DNA of 64,000 nt from positions 31,686 to 95,685 of the forward strand of contig CAZEDL010000003.1 in the NCBI GenBank assembly GCA_964510885.1, given 5' to 3'. A program made the translations under genes and the position numbers. The DNA is from an uncultured Gammaproteobacteria bacterium. GTDB lineage: Bacteria > Patescibacteriota > Patescibacteriia > Magasanikbacterales > GWA2-37-8. Numbering within the stretch: the first letter of the stretch is position 1; every line of letters begins with the position of its first letter. Shown piece after piece: positions 47,860 through 57,672 of the stretch. A model generated the notes under the pieces. It was not told the origin of the DNA. It searched no databases and saw nothing but the letters and a program-made list of their open reading frames with translations.

Positions 47860-49635
47860 ATGGTCAAGGCTGGATTTAAGCGATTATACACAGTACTTCG
47901 GGCCGCGCTGCGCCTACATTGGCACGCGCTTTTTTTATCGCTTATCTGCGCCTGCATTATTGGGATTCCAAGTGTGGGGTTCCGGTTTGAACCAGCATTT
48001 CAGGGGGTAGATTTGCTTGGAACTGATGCTGAAGAAAATTATGTCGCCCAGATTCGTTCCGTCTATAACGGCGATTTTTCGTTTGGCAATGTTTTTTTGT
48101 ACGAGGGCAAGGATGAGCCATATCTAAAACAGCCTTTACCAGCAATACTGACAGCAGTGCTTGGAAAATCATTGGGTCTATCAGTGGCCGATGCGTCGGT
48201 GGCGGCAAAATTTTTCTTTCCGGTGGTGGTTTTTTGGTTGGTGTATGGCTTGTATTTTACAATTTCTAAGCGTCGTTTACTGTCGCTGCTTGGGGCTGTG
48301 TTTGTGCTTATGTCACCGGCAACTTCGGCCTTATTGGATCCGCACACGTGGTTACCGCTTCTTCAAACGGGAGTTTTCCCCGTCAACGATGCTCAGTTTT
48401 TACTGTATGCTCGGACGATTAACCCGCAAGTAAGTAGTGTAATATTTTTCGCCTATTTATTGGCTTTGTGGCGATTGCTAAGAGCTTATGGTAAGAGTGA
48501 TAACCGGGCCGCAATCGGTATTGCAACAGCGACGTTATTAGGAGCTTCTTTTTATACCTACATTTATTCGTTTACTCTACTGCTCGCTATAACTGGGTGC
48601 CTAGGTTTATATTTTTTAGTTTGTAAAGAGTGGGGTCGCTTTAAGTTGGTGGGCGCGATAACTGGTGGGGGAGTGACGATTGGAATTCCGTATATTATAA
48701 ATATGGTAGAAGCGCTGCGCTCGCCTTATTATCCTGAATTGGCGGTTCGGGCAGGTCAACTGGCCAGCCACGCTCCAGTGATTAGTTCGGTATGGTGTGG
48801 AATTATTTTGCTTCTAATTATTTTTTATCGACGCCTAGATTCATTTGGATTATTTGCCCTAAGTTTTTTGGGGGGTATATTCTTGGTGTCTAATCAGCAA
48901 ATAATAACCGGTCGGACAATTCCGATCCCGTCACATTTCCATTGGTATTATATGGCGCCTGTGGCCGGATTTTTATTAGGTTATATTTTTATTTCGATTG
49001 TACAAAAGTACTTAACAGAACGTGTTATCGGATTGCTGCAATTATTAGCTATCATTATTTTTATCGGAGTTGGTATCCAATTTCAACGGTGGTCTTACAC
49101 AGAGCATAAAGGTGAGGCACTAGTTGTACAGAGGTATAGTCCGGCGCTGACGTGGCTCGCAGATCATACTAACGAAGATGATGTTATCTTCTCAGAAGAC
49201 GATTTTGCTTTATTGGCATTGGTATATACGCCTGCTAACAATTATTACAATCGATATATTGGTGAGAATTTGGTGTCATCGGAGCGCCTTAGACGGGCAG
49301 ATTATACCTATATGTATTTGAATGGGGTACAGGCCAAAGATGCGGAAGCGTATTTTGCTGATCCGGTGAACCGTGATCTTTTCGGCCGACATCAGTTTGG
49401 TAATTATTACCGGGCGATAAAAGGGTGCTATGATTGTTACCCGGATGAATATAACCAGCAGTTTATCCGGGAGTATAAAGAGTTCGCTAGCCAGCCGTTT
49501 ATTGATAATTTGAAAAAATACCGGATTACCTATGCGGTGCAAGATAAGAAGAGTGAGCATCAGTGGAATCTCGGACGTTACTTTTCGGAAATTGTGTTTG
49601 AGGATGATCAGGTAATTATTTATCGTGTGCCATAG
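47860..49635 (+). CDS. Large polytopic membrane protein (possible GT-C-like transferase or glycan polymerase); family unresolved
   Basis: About 13 hydrophobic segments with a soluble C-terminal ~170 aa. No motif I can name with confidence. Confidence 0.45.
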   Translation: MVKAGFKRLYTVLRAALRLHWHALFLSLICACIIGIPSVGFRFEPAFQGVDLLGTDAEENYVAQIRSVYNGDFSFGNVFLYEGKDEPYLKQPLPAILTAVLGKSLGLSVADASVAAKFFFPVVVFWLVYGLYFTISKRRLLSLLGAVFVLMSPATSALLDPHTWLPLLQTGVFPVNDAQFLLYARTINPQVSSVIFFAYLLALWRLLRAYGKSDNRAAIGIATATLLGASFYTYIYSFTLLLAITGCLGLYFLVCKEWGRFKLVGAITGGGVTIGIPYIINMVEALRSPYYPELAVRAGQLASHAPVISSVWCGIILLLIIFYRRLDSFGLFALSFLGGIFLVSNQQIITGRTIPIPSHFHWYYMAPVAGFLLGYIFISIVQKYLTERVIGLLQLLAIIIFIGVGIQFQRWSYTEHKGEALVVQRYSPALTWLADHTNEDDVIFSEDDFALLALVYTPANNYYNRYIGENLVSSERLRRADYTYMYLNGVQAKDAEAYFADPVNRDLFGRHQFGNYYRAIKGCYDCYPDEYNQQFIREYKEFASQPFIDNLKKYRITYAVQDKKSEHQWNLGRYFSEIVFEDDQVIIYRVP

Positions 49636-49651
49636 CAATTTTAAATATCAT

Positions 49652-49888
49652 ATGAAATCTATCAAATATATTTTATCTGGTCTGCTGCTAGGCTGGAAAA
49701 AATTTTCGCATGTGCTTGGCTGGGTTAATTCCCGGATTATTTTTAGTATTATTTATTTGGTGTTATTTGGAGTGTATAATGCAGTCATGAGGCTAATAGC
49801 TGTGGTTGGGCGCCAGAAAAAATCAGAGACTTTTTGGGTTGACAAAAAGTATACCGAGCCGACCGTGTCTATGCAGCGGCAATTCTAA
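49652..49888 (+). CDS. SxtJ-like small membrane protein (carbamoyltransferase-associated)
   Basis: NSRIIFSIIYLVLFGVYNAVMRLIAVVGRQKK...FWV resembles the C-terminal half of SxtJ-family proteins that accompany NodU/SxtI carbamoyltransferases. It sits directly upstream of the carbamoyltransferase. Confidence 0.5.
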   Translation: MKSIKYILSGLLLGWKKFSHVLGWVNSRIIFSIIYLVLFGVYNAVMRLIAVVGRQKKSETFWVDKKYTEPTVSMQRQF

Positions 49889-49894
49889 TGTTTT

Positions 49895-51685
49895 ATGGAT
49901 ACTAAACCAATTCGCATTCTTGGTCTATCGTTTTTCTATCATGACGCTGCTGCGGCAGTGATTGTGGATGGAAAAGTGATAGCGGCTGCCCAGGAAGAGC
50001 GGTTTACCCGCATTAAACAGGATGATGGGTTCCCAAAATTGTCCATTGAAAAATGTCTAAAATTAGCCGGCCTCACGCTGAAAGATATTGATTATATCGT
50101 ATTTTATGAAAAGCCGATTTTGAAGTTTGAGCGGTTGATCATGACGTATCTGCATACCTGGCCGAAGGGGCTCCGCTCTTTCATCAAAGCAATGCAGAGT
50201 TTTTTTAAGGATAAATTTTGGGTAGAGAAAGAGATTCGGGAGCAATTGAATTATGAAGGCGAAGTATTATTTGCTGAGCATCATTATTCACATGCGGCCA
50301 GTGCCTATTATGCCTCTGATTTTGACGATGCGCTCGTGATCACTATGGATGGGGTGGGGGAATGGGATACCACGACGATTGGGCGGGGTCAGGGTAACCG
50401 GCTAAAATTAACTAAATCGATTAGGTTTCCGCATTCACTCGGCATGTTATATTCCGCGCTGACATATTATTTAGGATTTAAGGTGAATAGTGCAGAGTAT
50501 AAAGTGATGGGTCTTGCGCCATATGGTAATCCAGCTACCTATCGCGAACAACTTAGAAAACTAGTACATCTAAGAGATGATGGCAGCTTTGAATTGACGC
50601 GTAAGTATTTTGCTTACGAGTATGGGCTGACCATGACTAATAGAAAATTTGATGAATTATTTGGTGGGCCGCCACGCGCACCAGAAAGCCCGTTGACGCA
50701 GCGTGAGAAAGATATTGCAGCTAGCTTGCAGGAATTAACTGAGGACATGGTGCTTAAGATTGTAGCCGAGGCGCGCCGGCTGTATCCGGAGTGTAAAAAG
50801 GTATGTTTGGCTGGAGGGGTCGCCCTCAATTGTGTGGCTAATGGCAAGATTCTACGGAGTGGCCTGGTTGATGATATCTATATCCAGCCTGCCGCAGGGG
50901 ACGCTGGTGGTGCTGTCGGGGCGGCATTATATGCTTACTATGACATGCTTGATAAGCCCAAGCAGGTCGGCGTTATGCCCACGGCTTTTCTTGGTACAAC
51001 TTATACCGATTTTGAAATTGAAACTTTTTTAGAAAGTGAGGCCCCGGGATTAATCGGAAATGGTAAAAAAATAATTTTTACCAAAGTCCCAGAGGCTGAG
51101 CTGATTACTCGTGTGGCCCCGCTCATTGCCGGAAATAATGTGGTCGGTTGGTTTCAGGGGAGAATGGAATTTGGGCCACGGTCGCTTGGTAGTCGCTCTA
51201 TTATTGCTGATGCTCGTAATAAAGAGAATTGGCAGAAAGTTAATTTGAAAATTAAATTCCGTGAGAGTTTTCGACCGTTTGCCCCCACGATACTTGAAGA
51301 AGAAGCCGCGAATTATTTTGAGCTTGATCGCCCGAGTCCGTATATGCTGCTCGTAGCGCCAGTTAAGAATGGCTCTGTCCCGGCAGTTACCCATGTCGAT
51401 GCGTCGGCCCGGGTCCAGACGATTAGCGCTTCGCAGCATCCGCGCTATTACGGCCTGATAAAAGAATTTTTCCGTCTCACTGGCTGTCCGGTTATCATTA
51501 ATACTTCGTTTAATGTCCGTGGCGAACCGATCGTAGAGAGCCCGCGCGATGCATTCAATTGCTTTATTAATACCTATATGGATTATCTAGTTCTTGGAAA
51601 CTATATTATTTCTAAGCAGGATAATCCCGGGTTGGTTGACGAGGCGCGCCTCAAGGCGTATCTCGGTAGCTTTTCATTAGATTAA
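49895..51685 (+). CDS. NodU/CmcH-family O-carbamoyltransferase
   Basis: ILGLSFFYHDAAAAVIVDGKVIAAAQEERFTRIK (ASKHA-like N-domain) and the C-terminal YrdC/Kae1-like domain (...GGVALNCVANGKI...). 596 aa. Confidence 0.9.
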   Translation: MDTKPIRILGLSFFYHDAAAAVIVDGKVIAAAQEERFTRIKQDDGFPKLSIEKCLKLAGLTLKDIDYIVFYEKPILKFERLIMTYLHTWPKGLRSFIKAMQSFFKDKFWVEKEIREQLNYEGEVLFAEHHYSHAASAYYASDFDDALVITMDGVGEWDTTTIGRGQGNRLKLTKSIRFPHSLGMLYSALTYYLGFKVNSAEYKVMGLAPYGNPATYREQLRKLVHLRDDGSFELTRKYFAYEYGLTMTNRKFDELFGGPPRAPESPLTQREKDIAASLQELTEDMVLKIVAEARRLYPECKKVCLAGGVALNCVANGKILRSGLVDDIYIQPAAGDAGGAVGAALYAYYDMLDKPKQVGVMPTAFLGTTYTDFEIETFLESEAPGLIGNGKKIIFTKVPEAELITRVAPLIAGNNVVGWFQGRMEFGPRSLGSRSIIADARNKENWQKVNLKIKFRESFRPFAPTILEEEAANYFELDRPSPYMLLVAPVKNGSVPAVTHVDASARVQTISASQHPRYYGLIKEFFRLTGCPVIINTSFNVRGEPIVESPRDAFNCFINTYMDYLVLGNYIISKQDNPGLVDEARLKAYLGSFSLD

Positions 51686-51691
51686 ATTTCT

Positions 51692-51856
51692 ATGGCTTCA
51701 AGTAAAATGCGCGCTCTACAGCAATTGTGGCTGTTTATGAAAGAGCATAAAAAATGGTGGCTTTTGCCGCTTGTCATTGTGGTGGTGTTATTTGGTTTGC
51801 TACTTATTTTTGCCCAAGGATCGGTGTGGGCCCCCTTCATTTATACGCTTTTTTAA
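51692..51856 (+). CDS. DUF5989/SxtK-like small membrane protein (54 aa). Not in the supplied ORF track, as it is shorter than 60 aa
   Basis: My own translation is MASSKMRALQQLWLFMKEHKKWWLLPLVIVVVLFGLLLIFAQGSVWAPFIYTLF*. The C-terminal APFIYTLF and the KKWWLLP motif match my memory of the small proteins that follow NodU-type carbamoyltransferases. Confidence 0.6.
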   Translation: MASSKMRALQQLWLFMKEHKKWWLLPLVIVVVLFGLLLIFAQGSVWAPFIYTLF

Positions 51857-51880
51857 GCTGCCTTCCTGCCCTCGTTTCTT

Positions 51881-53584
51881 ATGAAAGAGCTGTGCAGAAC
51901 ATATCTTAAGAATCCGGTCTGTTGGCTGTTGCTGGCCGGTTTTTTGGTACGTGTTTTTGGGATCAGCTTTGGCTTGCCGCACCATTTGATTGGCGATGAA
52001 GAAGCAGAAATTTTTGGCGCGCTTAAGATGTTGGAGCTTAAAACGTTGCTGCCGGTATTTTACAGCGCTGAGTTCCAGGGGCTACTCTATTATCCGCCGT
52101 TCCTGTGTTACATCTACCTGATCCTATTTTTGCCGGTTCTGGCACTGCAGTATTTAGGAGTCGGCTTTCCTTCATTAGTATTGTTCAAACACCAGTTATT
52201 GTTTGATTCGACATGGTTATGGTATACGGCGCGATTTTCCGGCCTGTTGTTTGGGCTTGCCAATGTATATTTGGTCTACCGGCTGGCACGGTTTTTGTTT
52301 AAGGATCAGGGCGCAGCCATCGCGGCAGCTGGTTTTTTTAATTTTAGTTTTTTGGTTGTCACGTTGTCGCATACTTCCAGGCACTGGATGGCTGGATTAT
52401 TTTTTAGTTTGCTTGGGATAGTGTTGGCGATTGAATCTGCAGAGCGCCATAGTCGGCGACAACTGATTATAGCCGGTTTGTTATTTGGTGTATCTTTTGG
52501 CATCAGTTATCTGGTGTTTTACTTTCCGGTGATTCTTATATTACTCTGGCAACAATCCGATAAAAATTATCGGCTATTGCTTCGTCAGCTAGTTTATTTT
52601 TTGGTTCCCTTTGCAGTGGTATCGGTACTGGCACTCGCCCTCTATCCACAACCATTTGTGCAGCAAATTTTTCTCCACCGCGTGGGCGACTCGGAGGGGG
52701 TGAAAACCGTGGGGCGATTCGCAGTGTTCTATCTGCGAGCACTTTGGAATTATGAAGCTCCATTATTTGTATTTGGCTTAATCGGCACAGCTTTATTATG
52801 GTATAAACGCCGGAGTGCGGCCCTTTTTTTAACCGTCATATATATCTTTTTGGCTGCAATCATATATATATATTTTTGGAACATTCCTCGGTATCTAATT
52901 CCATTAGTGCCGTTTATCGCTTGTGCTGCTGGCTATGGATTCTCTCAGGTATACGCTTTTATAAAAGGCTACTCACGGTATGCAGCGTATGCACTGCTGT
53001 TTGTCTTGGTGTTGTATACTGCAGTTTTATTTGGTCGTTATAACGGTTTGCTTCTCAAGGGGGATACGCGCTTGGCGGCCATACACTGGCTTGAATCTAC
53101 CGTATTAGAAGGTGATTCGGTGTTAATCTATTCGGAACGAGTCCGGCCAGTGCCTACCCCAACGGCGGCCCGTGAACAAGAGGTCATCAGCCCTGAATCA
53201 CTGCGTTCTCGCGAGCGTAGTGTGCTCTTGTCGCCGCCACCGGTTATAGACGAACCACAGCTCCGGGCCTATAATTTATTTTATGTCACTAATCCAAAAC
53301 AGAAAGACTTGCTGATAGAGGTTGCCAGACGCAATGCAACTCAAGTCTATGTGGTGGTTGATTCTTGGGCAATTCCTGATCAAAACATACGAGCATTACT
53401 GGCAACATCTGAGTTGATTACCGTTATTTATGGTAGTGATGCAGTCGCTGGGTCATTAATTCCTGAGGGCGGTGGCGGTTCTTTTATTGCTGGAGAATCG
53501 CATACGTTGCCGAACCCTTTGCTTAAAGCGTTGTGGCAGATACCTCAATTTGGTCCGGATGTTATGATTTATAAGCTTAAGTAG
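51881..53584 (+). CDS. GT-C superfamily membrane glycosyltransferase (PMT_2/ArnT-like)
   Basis: The N-terminal loop FGISFGLPHHLIGDEEAE...LLYYPPF is followed by about 11 TM and a C-terminal soluble domain. Confidence 0.7.
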   Translation: MKELCRTYLKNPVCWLLLAGFLVRVFGISFGLPHHLIGDEEAEIFGALKMLELKTLLPVFYSAEFQGLLYYPPFLCYIYLILFLPVLALQYLGVGFPSLVLFKHQLLFDSTWLWYTARFSGLLFGLANVYLVYRLARFLFKDQGAAIAAAGFFNFSFLVVTLSHTSRHWMAGLFFSLLGIVLAIESAERHSRRQLIIAGLLFGVSFGISYLVFYFPVILILLWQQSDKNYRLLLRQLVYFLVPFAVVSVLALALYPQPFVQQIFLHRVGDSEGVKTVGRFAVFYLRALWNYEAPLFVFGLIGTALLWYKRRSAALFLTVIYIFLAAIIYIYFWNIPRYLIPLVPFIACAAGYGFSQVYAFIKGYSRYAAYALLFVLVLYTAVLFGRYNGLLLKGDTRLAAIHWLESTVLEGDSVLIYSERVRPVPTPTAAREQEVISPESLRSRERSVLLSPPPVIDEPQLRAYNLFYVTNPKQKDLLIEVARRNATQVYVVVDSWAIPDQNIRALLATSELITVIYGSDAVAGSLIPEGGGGSFIAGESHTLPNPLLKALWQIPQFGPDVMIYKLK

Positions 53585-53600
53585 TGGCTGAAAATTTTTT

Positions 53601-55049
53601 ATGGTTAATTTTATTAAACGGGAATGGGTAGCTTTTTTCATCATGTTGTTTGTGGTTGTAATGTGTTTTTGGCAGCTTACGACCAATCCGCCGGTTTGGT
53701 ATGATGAAGGTATTTATCACCAGGTAGTGCGTAATTTGGCGACTGATCATCGCTATGGATTATACCTGGGGGCCGGGGAATACACGGACATGGGTTTTGT
53801 TTCAGTTGGCTATCCGGTATTTTTCCCGGCGGCTATTAGTGCTGTACTATTTGGTAACGGAGTCGTCGTGCTTCGCATGGTGGCAGTGGCTTTTTTAATA
53901 GGGTTTGTCTTATTATTTTATCTGCTGACACGGCGGTTGTATGGATCATATGTGGCAACCTGGTCACTGGCACTGCTGGCTACATTTTCTCCCTTATATG
54001 GCAATGGCAAAACATTTATCGGTGAAGTGCCGGGGTTGATGTATTTGATGGCAGGCTGTTTATTTTTACTGCCTTCGCCACGAAGTACTCGGCCGCATGT
54101 GCGGGTTGTTGGTGCTGGTTTATTTTTAGGATTAGCAGCCAGCTCAAAACCATTATATTTATTATTACTTCCCGCGCTAGCGGCAGCAGTACTTTTTCAC
54201 TATCGGTCGTATCTTAGTAACCGATTTGGTCAGATTCGGCTTTTATTGCTTGGCTTTGGTGGAATAGTAGCGCTTTTTATTTGGTTTGCGACACAGTTTG
54301 GTTTACCCTCCGACCGCGGAGCATTATTACAGCACTATCGTAACCCAAATGCTGTCGCGGCCACGGGGAGCGTGATTGTGGCAAATGCCAAACGATTTGT
54401 GACTGAAGCTACCCCGGCCCACTTTGCTGGTTTATTGGGCTTAGCGTTGGTTTTATTAATTATTAAATACAAAAAACGGCAGCCAATCACTGAGGTTGAG
54501 GTAGTGCTGATATTTTTTTCTTTGTTAACAGTCGCGTTTTATGTGCGTACTGCCGGTTGGTACCGATATTTGTTTCCAGCTCAGGCGGTGTTGTTTTTAT
54601 TTTTTCCGTCGACTCTCCAAGCACTCATCACTCGGTTTAAGGCTATCGAACCCTTTGCTAGATATATGGTGGCTGCAGTGTGCACTCTCTTATTGTTAGT
54701 TCAAATCTATCCGTTTTATCAGGAGCGTTTAAAGGCTAGAACTGATGATGTGGTTTTTTTTGAATCCTTGTTTACATCGATCGGGAGCGGTGAGCGGGTT
54801 TTATTCTATAATACCCCAACGCTGGCAGCTCGCTTCAATCGGCCGGAATTTTTTCAACATATTGCCTTTAGCCCCGCTATTGCGTATGGGCAAAAAAATC
54901 TCGCCGGGATTGCCCGCGGCGAGTATGAGTTTGTTTTTGCTCTGATTAATGACCTGCCAAAGATAGTGATTCCTACGTGTTATGACCAAGCTGGCGAACA
55001 AGCTGGAGTCCGCGTTTTTCGGTTAAATAAGCAGAAGATTTGTAAGTAG
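53601..55049 (+). CDS. GT-C superfamily membrane glycosyltransferase (ArnT-like)
   Basis: PPVWYDEGIYHQVVRNL... is the DE-motif loop typical of ArnT/PMT. The protein is polytopic. Confidence 0.7.
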   Translation: MVNFIKREWVAFFIMLFVVVMCFWQLTTNPPVWYDEGIYHQVVRNLATDHRYGLYLGAGEYTDMGFVSVGYPVFFPAAISAVLFGNGVVVLRMVAVAFLIGFVLLFYLLTRRLYGSYVATWSLALLATFSPLYGNGKTFIGEVPGLMYLMAGCLFLLPSPRSTRPHVRVVGAGLFLGLAASSKPLYLLLLPALAAAVLFHYRSYLSNRFGQIRLLLLGFGGIVALFIWFATQFGLPSDRGALLQHYRNPNAVAATGSVIVANAKRFVTEATPAHFAGLLGLALVLLIIKYKKRQPITEVEVVLIFFSLLTVAFYVRTAGWYRYLFPAQAVLFLFFPSTLQALITRFKAIEPFARYMVAAVCTLLLLVQIYPFYQERLKARTDDVVFFESLFTSIGSGERVLFYNTPTLAARFNRPEFFQHIAFSPAIAYGQKNLAGIARGEYEFVFALINDLPKIVIPTCYDQAGEQAGVRVFRLNKQKICK

Positions 55050-56258
55050 CTATCGTTTTGAGGGTTTTGTTTTTACAGCTATCGGCAGGTAGCTGTTGTT
55101 TTTTAGATGCTCGGTGATTGCGCGCGATAGGTAGCTTGACATGGCTGGATTATAATGGACAGAGTCTACGTAGAGCGGCTCTTTTTTATCCGCTTGAAGA
55201 TCTGCCAGCCAGAGAAAGTTGTTGCCAAGAGAGATTTGGTTATTTTTAATTAATGCAGCCAAGGCCGGGTAGGTGTATCTCGAAAATTGGTGCGTGTCGT
55301 TATCGGTGTCGGCTTCTTTTCCAAAGAGGTGGTAGCTTAAATTATATTTATATAGGGGAACCGGTTGCCAGACAAACAGGGTTTTTATGCCAAGATTTCC
55401 AGCCGCCGCTTCGGTAATTTTTTTGTTAGTAAGATACCGATTAAGAATCGATGTGACGATCTCTGGGTCACCGAAATTTTTGGCGGCTTGGTCGGTAGAG
55501 GTGACTGTACGATTCGTGGAAAATCTTTTATTTAGGCGTTGTTGAAAAGAGATGAACGCCCGGCCGAGCGGAATTTTGGGTAGAATCAGGCCGGCGAGAT
55601 TGCCTTTCTCTTCGGCTTCGGCAATTGAAGTTTTATTGGCTTCACCATCAGCGTGGTATTCGTTTAATCCGTCTACAAAAATTGCCAGATTAGGCTTGTG
55701 TCCGCTTAATACCATTTTTTCAAACAGAATACGTTCTTGGGCTGAGAACCAGGCGCCTTGGCCAAAATTATAGACCGCAGTGGTGGTGGCTCCGGCGGCA
55801 CGTAGATCTGCCTGTAGATAGGAACTCACGGTTTCATGGTTAGCAATACCGTAGCCAAACATGGTGGAGCCGCCGAATACAAAAACATTGTAGTGCTTTG
55901 GGTTTGGCGGCCAGGGAGCTTGACCCGCGATGTGGCGGAAACCGGCGGGATCTACAGTCACATAGGTGCCGTTGAAGGGGCGTTCGCGCGAACCGGTGAA
56001 CGTATCAAATTGCATCGGGCGCGACCAGAGTTCATTAAGTTCGACGGTGATGTCGGCATCACTCTTGTCCGGGTAGGCTGGTCTAAGGCGGTCGAGACCG
56101 TATTTGTTAATGACTGGGTTAGGCTTAAAGTGTGCATCTCTGATTTTGAAGATAATATACAGGCCGCTATTTATAAGCAGCAAAAAAATAATGGTATTTA
56201 GCGTTACAATGGCGACGGTCGTATATTTTTCGAGCGCTGAGCGCAGCCAGGTGGTCAT
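55050..56258 (-). CDS. Membrane-anchored SGNH/GDSL-like hydrolase (AlgJ/AlgX/DltD-like glycan O-acyl esterase or acyltransferase)
   Basis: N-terminal TM, then FVFGGSTMFGYG (block I Ser) and DSVHYNP (block V DxxH). Confidence 0.6.
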   Translation of the reverse strand: MTTWLRSALEKYTTVAIVTLNTIIFLLLINSGLYIIFKIRDAHFKPNPVINKYGLDRLRPAYPDKSDADITVELNELWSRPMQFDTFTGSRERPFNGTYVTVDPAGFRHIAGQAPWPPNPKHYNVFVFGGSTMFGYGIANHETVSSYLQADLRAAGATTTAVYNFGQGAWFSAQERILFEKMVLSGHKPNLAIFVDGLNEYHADGEANKTSIAEAEEKGNLAGLILPKIPLGRAFISFQQRLNKRFSTNRTVTSTDQAAKNFGDPEIVTSILNRYLTNKKITEAAAGNLGIKTLFVWQPVPLYKYNLSYHLFGKEADTDNDTHQFSRYTYPALAALIKNNQISLGNNFLWLADLQADKKEPLYVDSVHYNPAMSSYLSRAITEHLKNNSYLPIAVKTKPSKR

Positions 56259-56261
56259 AGT

Positions 56262-56957
56262 TTAACGCTTGGTTATTTTCCAGGTAATCAACCGCCAGAG
56301 ATGTTTTAAAAAATTTACGCTCTCACGCAGCCCCATTTTGCTTTTGCCGAGGTAGCGATTGCGAAATATATAAGCCACTTCAGCGATTTTCGTAACGCCG
56401 CTTTTTACCACAATTTCCAAAAGGATTTTATAGCCGAGCGGTGAGAAGTTTTTTCCGTTAAGAAGGGTTTTCTTTAGGAAGAAATAACCGGACATCGGAT
56501 CGGTGATCGCTACGCCAAGTGGCCGGGTGAGGAGGGTGGCGAAACGCGACGAAAGTTTACGATACCAGGGCCAGTTTTCAACGAGGCCACCAGGAAGATT
56601 GCGGCTGCCGATCGCAAGATCCGCTGTTTCTAATTTTTTTAGTAGTAGGGGAATCAGATCTGGCGGATGCGAGAGGTCGGCATCCATCACTCCAACTATA
56701 TCGTATTTGGCTTTGGCAAAGCCGGTTAAGACGGCGGTAGCTAGCCCGCGGGTGGTCCGCTCAATGATTATAATAGGATAGGCGAGTTGCAAACTGTGCA
56801 GATGTGCAACGGTTCCATCGGTGGAGCCGTCGTCAACAATGATTAATTCGGCCTCGTTAACAAGCGGGCTTTTGGCCAGAGTGGCTGCTACATCAGTGAG
56901 CAATTTTTCGATACTATCCCGCTCATTTAGTGTCGGGATAACGAGCGAAACATTCAT
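56262..56957 (-). CDS. GT2 polyprenyl-phosphate sugar synthase (DPM1-like)
   Basis: VSLVIPTLNE...[11 protein letters not shown]...MDADLSHPP. Start at ATG 56957. Confidence 0.8.
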   Translation of the reverse strand: MNVSLVIPTLNERDSIEKLLTDVAATLAKSPLVNEAELIIVDDGSTDGTVAHLHSLQLAYPIIIIERTTRGLATAVLTGFAKAKYDIVGVMDADLSHPPDLIPLLLKKLETADLAIGSRNLPGGLVENWPWYRKLSSRFATLLTRPLGVAITDPMSGYFFLKKTLLNGKNFSPLGYKILLEIVVKSGVTKIAEVAYIFRNRYLGKSKMGLRESVNFLKHLWRLITWKITKR

Positions 56958-56961
56958 AGTG

Positions 56962-57669
56962 TTAGCGAGGTTGCCAGCGATCAATCACAAATCGTTTGCC
57001 GCGCCAAATTTCGAGCAAAAATGTTCGTAGCACACGCCAGCCGGTTGGAAGCGTGTAGGCGGTACTATGGCCGCCAATCCGATCGCCCTCAGTTGTCGGA
57101 AATTCAACTACTTTGAAACCGAGTTTCAGGGCGCGAATCGACATTTGGAATTCAATGGCAAATCCTGGTTCGTCGGTATTTAATTCTAATAATTTATCTT
57201 TACGGATTGATCGGTAGCCGTTGATGGTGTCGGTGATGGTGCCACCCCAAAATAATTTAACGAGACCGGTAAAACCTTTGTTGGCCCAGGCACGCGGGCG
57301 ATACCATGAAACATCTTCTTCATTACGGGCGCCCGGTAGGAAGCGAGAAGCAATAGCCATGTCGGCTCCGTTAATAATAGCGTCGCGTAATTTTAACAGG
57401 TCATCTGGGTTTTCATTGCCGTCGGGAGCAAAGAACACCATTATATCGCTTGTGGCATTGGCGGCTGCTAAGCGGATGGCATTGCCGCGACCGGGCGTAA
57501 CCTGTGGAATTACTTTAATATTATGATCATGAAAAAATTTGAGCGTGCCGTCGGTAGAGTTGAGGTCAATCGCCAACACCTCATCAAAAGCTGATAAAGG
57601 GATGCGAGGAAATAAACTGGTCACGCCGTTAATTTCATTGCGAGTAGTGATGATGAGGGTAGAGGTCAT
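56962..57669 (-). CDS. GT2 glycosyltransferase (DPM1-like)
   Basis: LIITTRNE...AIDLNSTDGT...FFAPDGNENPDD. Confidence 0.8.
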   Translation of the reverse strand: MTSTLIITTRNEINGVTSLFPRIPLSAFDEVLAIDLNSTDGTLKFFHDHNIKVIPQVTPGRGNAIRLAAANATSDIMVFFAPDGNENPDDLLKLRDAIINGADMAIASRFLPGARNEEDVSWYRPRAWANKGFTGLVKLFWGGTITDTINGYRSIRKDKLLELNTDEPGFAIEFQMSIRALKLGFKVVEFPTTEGDRIGGHSTAYTLPTGWRVLRTFLLEIWRGKRFVIDRWQPR

Positions 57670-57672
57670 AGC

